Below, in pieces: positions 22,381-28,980 of a DNA stretch of 28,980 nucleotides. Source of the DNA: Paraspadella gotoi (taxonomy: Eukaryota; Animalia; Chaetognatha); the NCBI GenBank assembly GCA_051294375.1, contig CM119268.1, forward strand, positions 12,096,197-12,125,176, written 5' to 3'. The translations under genes were made by a program, and so were the position numbers. How positions within the stretch are numbered: position 1 is the stretch's first letter; every line of letters begins with the position of its first letter. Under the pieces are notes generated by a model that was given only the letters and a program-made list of their open reading frames with translations, was not told the DNA's origin and ran no database searches.

Positions 22381-22962
22381 TATTTGGACCCAAAAATATA
22401 ATCACATTCAGTCATACTTTGCTCCACTGATTTTTTTGGGGGAAAACTTTATTCTTTTCTCCTAATCTTAAATTATTTATTCCGCTCGTCAAAATTTCAG
22501 CGATAGAAAAAAAAATAATCCTGTATTAGAAATTATTAAGTCTGCGTTTGTGTGCGTGTGCGTTTTCACACGCATGAGCGGATCCCTTCTGCGCGCGCGG
22601 AAAAGATGTAAATGAGCGACTCCTTGATTAGGACCTTGAGGCAATCGAGGAAAAGGTTCGTCGGAGACTTTCACCCACCCCCACTCCTCACCGACCTTCC
22701 TCATTCTCCAACACTGATTTTTTCGAAAAATAAATAATTTTCAGGATTTCCATAATTTCCTTCAGAAGGATACATTTATGGAACAGATGTTGAAATTCGG
22801 GGAGTTGTATAATTAACCTGGTAACAATATAACGTCTTTGTTGACTGCGGAAAAGTTATCTTGAAAACATTTCTTTCGAATTTATAAATTTAGGAAATTA
22901 GAAAAAAATTTAACTCAAAAACAAGAAAGGAAAACAATGCTCCCAAAGCGATTTCGATTTCA

Positions 22963-22999
<37 letters not shown>

Positions 23000-24304
23000 C
23001 AACGACGACATCAAGAAGCGACGACGCAGAAGGAAACGACGACGGAATTTTTAATTCAATCGCGATTAGTCTCTGTTAAATCGTCTGTTTGTTAATTATT
23101 CCCCGGGTGACTTCTCTCCCGCCCCCCCCNNNNNNNNNNNNNNNNNNNNNNNNNNNNNNNNNNNNNNNNNNNNNNNNNNNNNNNNNNNNNNNNNNNNNNN
23201 NNNNNNNNNNNNNNNNNNNNNNNNNNNNNNNNNNNNNNNNNNNNNNNNNNNNNNNNNNNNNNNNNNNNNNNNNNNNNNNNNNNNNNNNNNNNNNNNNNNN
23301 NNNNNNNNNNNNNNNNNNNNNNNNNNNNNNNNNNNNNNNNNNNNNNNNNNNNNNNNNNNNNNNNNNNNNNNNNNNNNNNNNNNNNNNNNNNNNNNNNNNN
23401 NNNNNNNNNNNNNNNNNNNNNNNNNNNNNNNNNNNNNNNNNNNNNNNNNNNNNNNNTTATTCCTCGATTTAAAGTCCTCCCCTCCCACTACACAAAACAG
23501 TGGCCGTCATTTTCTCCTCCCAGTAACTTTTACTCTCCTTTTCAAATGCTAATTTCTTCCTTTCTTCTCTTCGAGCTTCTTCTTTCCCTCTGCCTCCCTT
23601 CGTCTCGGGTCTTTTCCTTCTGCGCTCTTTCCTTTTTTCTCCTCTTTCCTCGGAGAAGATAGTACTCGGACTCACTACTATATGAACTCTTTTCTTTTCT
23701 TTTTTTCATTCTCCCTTCATTTTTTTTTCTCATATAGATCTCTTTATAGTTTATTCTTTATTATTCTTTTACTCTCGCTTAGTAACTATTTTAATAAACA
23801 ACTTTATGTATTTGTTTTCTTTTAATACATTGAAAAACCAAAAAAAACTAAGGATGAGCTACAAGACGATTAATTCAAATGTCATTGGTGTTTTCTTTGT
23901 TGTTGTCGTCGTCGCCACCGAATCGATCTTCCAAATCGTCTTAAATCCGCGAGAACGACGTTGAGAAGATGACGCCCCCCCAAGCCGCCCCCCTTTGCCC
24001 ATTTACAATCTAACTCCTTTTTTTCCCCCTCCTTAATTTAATTTTATTAACTTTCTATTTAATGATTGTATAAATGAAATGGACGCGTTTATTTAGATCA
24101 CTTAGCTCCATACTATTCCGAACGCTCATCATAGTTACAAAGTATTTTGTAGCATCTAGGAACGGAACCTCTTGAAGCGTTTCCTAATCCATCCCCCCAA
24201 ATTCCTCCCCCTACCCCATTCTTTTTTTTTCCTCCTCAATCTCTTTCCTTTCCTCCCTCCCCTTCTCTCCGACGCCACGACCCTCTTCTTTTGCTCCCCC
24301 CCTT

Positions 24305-24381
24305 CCAATGGGCGTGGCTGTTTAGGGACGCAAAAGCCGCTTAGAGAATTGGCGTCACCGTCGAGAGTGTTGGGGCGGGAG
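24305..24381. promoter_or_regulatory. CCAAT + KLF/Sp box cluster
   Basis: CCAAT 24305, GGGCGTGGC 24310, ATTGGCGTCAC 24348, GGGGCGGGAG 24372. Confidence 0.4.
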
Positions 24382-25785
24382 TGGTAGGGGGAGTGTGGAT
24401 ATGCGGAAATGGGGGAGGTTGTGACTCCTGGATGGAATTAGTTGGAGCTTTGATCTTGGGTCGGGAGGTGATCAAGGGGGTAGGGAATTAATGTAAGGGT
24501 ATTTATTGGGTTTTTTTTATGCATAATCTTTCCAAATACGTGTAATAAAAAATGTCGACAGTCGACTTGGCAATATTTAACTTTACTCTTATGAAATTGG
24601 TAAATTCAATATACAATTATCCATTCATTTAATAAATAAGCGATCTTGCCCCTGACTTTAGACAGGCTTTGGTGGTTTAAGTTCTCCATCACTCTCACAA
24701 GATAATGGCATTGCAGGTCCCTGCTAGCTTTCAATCAAGACTCTCTCACAGTCTCGTTTATTCACTCCCAGATTATACCAACAACCTTTCTTGTTTATAT
24801 TTTTTCTTTCTCCTTTCTTTCTTCGATCCCGAGCTTCGTTATCGTTTGTCGGGAATTAGGAAGGTCCACCTTCATGCAAAGCCAGAGATTAGCGTCAAGG
24901 ATTTTTGCCAAGAAATGACCAAAAACAAAAAAGGAATTAATGCGATAAGAAGAAAGACGGGATTAAACATAGAGAGAGAGAGAGAGAGAGGAGCGAGAGA
25001 GATAGGAGGAGGGAGAGAAGAGGATGACGAGAGAGAGAGAGAGAAGGAAGGGTTACTTAAATTGTTACAAGATATTTGAGGGAGGTAAATAGTTTTGTTT
25101 ACTTCTAGGAAAAAGTCTAGAAACATTTATTAATTGAGAGTATCTACTCGAATTGGCCGATTTTGAAAAATCAGGATGTTTCAGATTCTCCACTAAATTT
25201 TTTCAGTTGCTTCTTCCTTTTTTCGTAGATCCAACCGGTATAGAAGGTAGAGGCAAAATTAGATTGCTACTCAAGTAAATGGCGAAAAATCGCCTTTAGT
25301 TTTCCACAATTCTTGTATTTGTCTTTTCAATTGATAGTTATTTTTTTCATTTTTAAATTTGTTATTGCCGAATGACAGCCCCCTCTATTTGGTTCTAAAG
25401 TGCTCATTGTAGCTCGGAGGAGAAAGAGGGGGAGACCAACAATTCATCGCATAGACTTGTCCCTCTACTCACCATTGCAATTTTTTTCGGCATCAACAAA
25501 TCAACATTTGGTGTTGTCGCTTACGGAGAGCTGCGCCGACGATGAGCAAGTGGTCGATGCCGAGGAGGATGACCAAATATTGAGAATGTTTTACCCATGT
25601 TTTTAGATGTTTTATGAATAATAACTTTAAAAGATGTTTCTAACTTTTCCTTAATAGTAACAATATTATTAACCAATTATTTCAGAAATTTTCAGCAGTT
25701 CTTGTAAAACAAAAGTCACAACTTCCCCTTCCAATGAATTCATACCATCCAAACCTCCCATCCGACTCCAAAAAGGATTCTAAAT

Positions 25786-26065
25786 GGGGCGTGTTCCCCA
25801 AAGTCTTCTAAATTGACCACCAACTCCACTCCCCTTTTCAACGCCTCAAGCCTACCAAAAGCGCCTTCCGATTCCTCCCCCACCCTCCAAACATCGAATG
25901 CCCTTCCGGCAAAGGTGGGCGTTTCCCGTTAAACCCTTTAAATTCCATCGATGCCAATACTCGATCCCCAATACCCGAGGCTCCATGTCCCGCCAAAGCC
26001 AAGCCATCAAACGCCGCCCCACCACGTCCCTCGCCTCCGCGTCATCGGGGGCGTGGCGCGCCAAT
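25786..26065. promoter_or_regulatory. KLF/Sp box cluster ending in GGGGGCGTGGCGCGCCAAT
   Basis: GGGGCGTG 25786, CCCCACCC ~25879, GGTGGGCG ~25914, CCGCCCCC ~26014, composite GC-box/E2F-like/CCAAT at 26047-26065. Confidence 0.4.
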
Positions 26066-26086
26066 CCAAAATCCGATGTCCAGTGA

Positions 26087-26091
<5 letters not shown>

Positions 26092-26174
<83 letters not shown>
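26092..26174. repeat. Perfect (GA)n microsatellite
   Basis: Directly visible. Confidence 0.97.
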
Positions 26175-26178
<4 letters not shown>

Positions 26179-27681
26179 CGAAAAGGAGCTTAAAAGGGGA
26201 TTTTGTTAGGGAGACGCAAAAGGCCCATCGGAAAAAAGACTTGATACAATCGAGGTGCAACATAGTGGGGAAATTTTAGGATGAGATCGGGCGATCGGGA
26301 CCAGAGGACAATGTTGTTTTTTTTTTCGAGTTGCAACAAGATTGTGGACGAATTGCAATTGGCGTCGAAAATCTAAGAGAATGTAGCACATCGGCCTGCT
26401 CATTGCTCAGCAGTCGATAAGGAAGTGTCCTCCAGCAAGTTATTTCTCGTGTCCACGAAACATCACGGAATTGAGAGAGTCGGTTCCGTTATTTACAAGG
26501 ACTTCATTCTGGACAGATACAAAAAAACTTGTAATTTAATCAAAACAAAGAGAAATCAGGTTATAAAAATTTTTTTTGTACTAATAAAAAAATACTTTTA
26601 TTTTCCACCAATTCATAACATTCTAACATTCTAACATTCACGAACCAGAATTAAAAAAATAATTTGGACAATATGAATAATACTTGATAATAATCATCAC
26701 GTATCGGTCCAGATTGAAGTTCCTGTATTCCGAAAGAGGGTCAAGAAAAAAAGTTCGCTTGCATGGAACCAATATTTGTCGTCACTTGACCGCGGCGGCG
26801 CGGCGTCGAAAAAATCCCGGCCACGCCCTTCCGTTGTCCACAACGTCCAAAGTCGTTGTCGTCTTAGAAGGTTAATGGCGAACGGAAGATCCGTGGCACA
26901 AGAGACGAAAAACAAAGAACAACTTCATGGACCCGAAACAACAACAACAGCAACAACAACAACACCACTCCAACCCCGTCAGTTCAGTCGCCAATTGGCG
27001 TTGGGTTCATCCCGAGGGAAAGCGTCTTAGCCGNNNNNNNNNNNNNNNNNNNNNNNNNNNNNNNNNNNNNNNNNNNNNNNNNNNNNNNNNNNNNNNNNNN
27101 NNNNNNNNNNNNNNNNNNNNNNNNNNNNNNNNNNNNNNNNNNNNNNNNNNNNNNNNNNNNNNNNNNNNNNNNNNNNNNNNNNNNNNNNNNNNNNNNNNNN
27201 NNNNNNNNNNNNNNNNNNNNNNNNNNNNNNNNNNNNNNNNNNNNNNNNNNNNNNNNNNNNNNNNNNNNTTTTTTTCCGAGATAAGCATCGTCTTTGTCAC
27301 GAGTCCTCTAGAACTTCTTCAAATCCTTGATGTGGATTTAATTATTGCTACAACTGTTAATTACGATTATGTTAACTACTAAGTTTATAACTAAGTTTAC
27401 AAACGCCAAGTTATTAAGATGAAAGCAAAGGTTTAACATCTTATGGTTTTTGCATTTGCATTGAACTTTCATTGTTCTCTGACTGAATTTTCCAAACTCG
27501 AGCTGCAATTTTCCTCTCCATTTTCAATTTAATCAGAATCTCCGGCGAAACGAAGTCATTGACTTTCGCTGTCACCGAAATAGAAAAAAAAAAGGAAAAA
27601 AAAAACGCGGCAAAGAAATCGACCAAGATCGATCGCCATCTTTCTGCACAGATTTTGATTGAATTTGCATTCGCGTTGCAT

Positions 27682-27708
27682 GCGTGCGCAGTGTGCGCAG
27701 CGTGCGCA
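27682..27708 (+). repeat. 9-bp tandem repeat x3 (GYGTGCGCA)
   Basis: gcgtgcgca gtgtgcgca gcgtgcgca. Confidence 0.85.
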
Positions 27709-27979
27709 TCGGTTCACACGCAAAAACGCCTTCCCCGCATCTCGCAATCATCCACGGATGCTTCAATTAGCGAACAAAGAAATTAAAGAGACGAAGACAG
27801 AGACAGAGAGAAAAAGAAGAAAAAAAAAAAACTCGGACAACTAATTACTCGCTCGCATCCAGAAGATAAACAGGAAGGGAAAAAAAATTATCGGTGAACA
27901 GAGGAAAATAAAAATAAAATAAACGATAAGCCATTAATAAGAAATGACTTTTCTTCGAGTATAATTCTTATTTCTTCAG

Positions 27980-28016
<37 letters not shown>

Positions 28017-28244
28017 NNNNNNNNNNNNNNNNNNNNNNNNNNNNNNNNNNNNNNNNNNNNNNNNNNNNNNNNNNNNNNNNNNNNNNNNNNNNNNNNNNNN
28101 NNNNNNNNNNNNNNNNNNNNNNNNNNNNNNNNNNNNNNNNNNNNNNNNNNNNNNNNNNNNNNNNNNNNNNNNNNNNNNNNNNNNNNNNNNNNNNNNNNNN
28201 NNNNNNNNNNNNNNNNNNNNNNNNNNNNNNNNNNNNNNNNNNNN

Positions 28245-28277
<33 letters not shown>

Positions 28278-28530
28278 CAATTTAGATCAGGCGGCAGAAG
28301 GCTGACGAACGACAGATAGAGATTTTTTCCGTTTTTAAAAATTTTTGAATTAAAAAGAGAGTCAGACAGATAAACAAAAATAGATCGAAAACTCGAATGA
28401 ATTTCCATAAACTAAAAAGTAAAACAAAAAATTGCAACATCAAGTATCTTAGAAAGTTTTTTTTTCTAAACAATTCACGTCGAACGAGCGTGTTCCAAGT
28501 ACAACCGCAATACATGAAAAGTTTCACGGG

Positions 28531-28665
28531 AGATAAGAGACACAATCACTCAGAATGAGACCATAGACTTTGATAAGAGAAAAAATGACACAATCGCCCA
28601 TAGGAGATAAGAGACATGAAACGATCCACGTTGCAATAAGGCGATGGACAAGACGAGATAAGAGA
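28531..28665 (+). promoter_or_regulatory. Four WGATAAGAGA motifs (GATA-site cluster or degenerate minisatellite)
   Basis: Copies at 28531, 28571, 28605, 28656; GACACAATC follows the first two. Confidence 0.45.
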
Positions 28666-28980
28666 GAGAGATGGTCGAAAAAAGCGGCAGTCGCTTAGTT
28701 AGGATTAATTCTCATTCTNNNNNNNNNNNNNNNNNNNNNNNNNNNNNNNNNNNNNNNNNNNNNNNNNNNNNNNNNNNNNNNNNNNNNNNNNNNNNNNNNN
28801 NNNNNNNNNNNNNNNNNNNNNNNNNNNNNNNNNNNNNNNNNNNNNNNNNNNNNNNNNNNNNNNNNNNNNNNNNNNNNNNNNNNNNNNNNNNNCTTTCAAA
28901 GTTTGTTGTTATTGTTGTCGTTGTACTTGATTTGCTAAATTCCCAATTTTTTTGGAGCGCTGTTTTTATTTTTGTTTTGT

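Overview
Eukaryotic, probably invertebrate animal, draft-assembly sequence. It is AT-rich with CpG-rich islands, dense in (GA/CT)n, (GAC)n, (AAAG)n and (ATTT)n microsatellites, and broken by 12 N-gaps (about 3.3 kb). I recognise no intact protein-coding gene, tRNA/rRNA, transposon ORF or CRISPR array. Nearly all ORFs in the track are translated microsatellites or gaps. The dominant structure is a direct duplication, ~9990-13560 and ~14187-17518, with a 4194 bp offset. Its 1.7 kb core is identical and its flanks decay by small indels. Together with two gaps of exactly 25 N and a second ~155 bp duplication, this points to long-read gap-filling artefacts. The most interesting candidate biology is: (i) two minus-strand polypyrimidine-AG|GTAAGT junctions that resemble recursive splice sites (2812, 22321); (ii) a phase-consistent chain of small plus-strand exons and a possible indel-corrupted Ser/Pro/Ala-rich coding exon inside the duplication; (iii) several promoter-like islands with CCAAT boxes 31-32 bp apart, GC/KLF boxes and twin ATCACGTGAC E-boxes; (iv) small homotypic motif arrays (MRE-like, GATA). 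All were read by eye and none is confirmed. I cannot support a claim of a new biological system.
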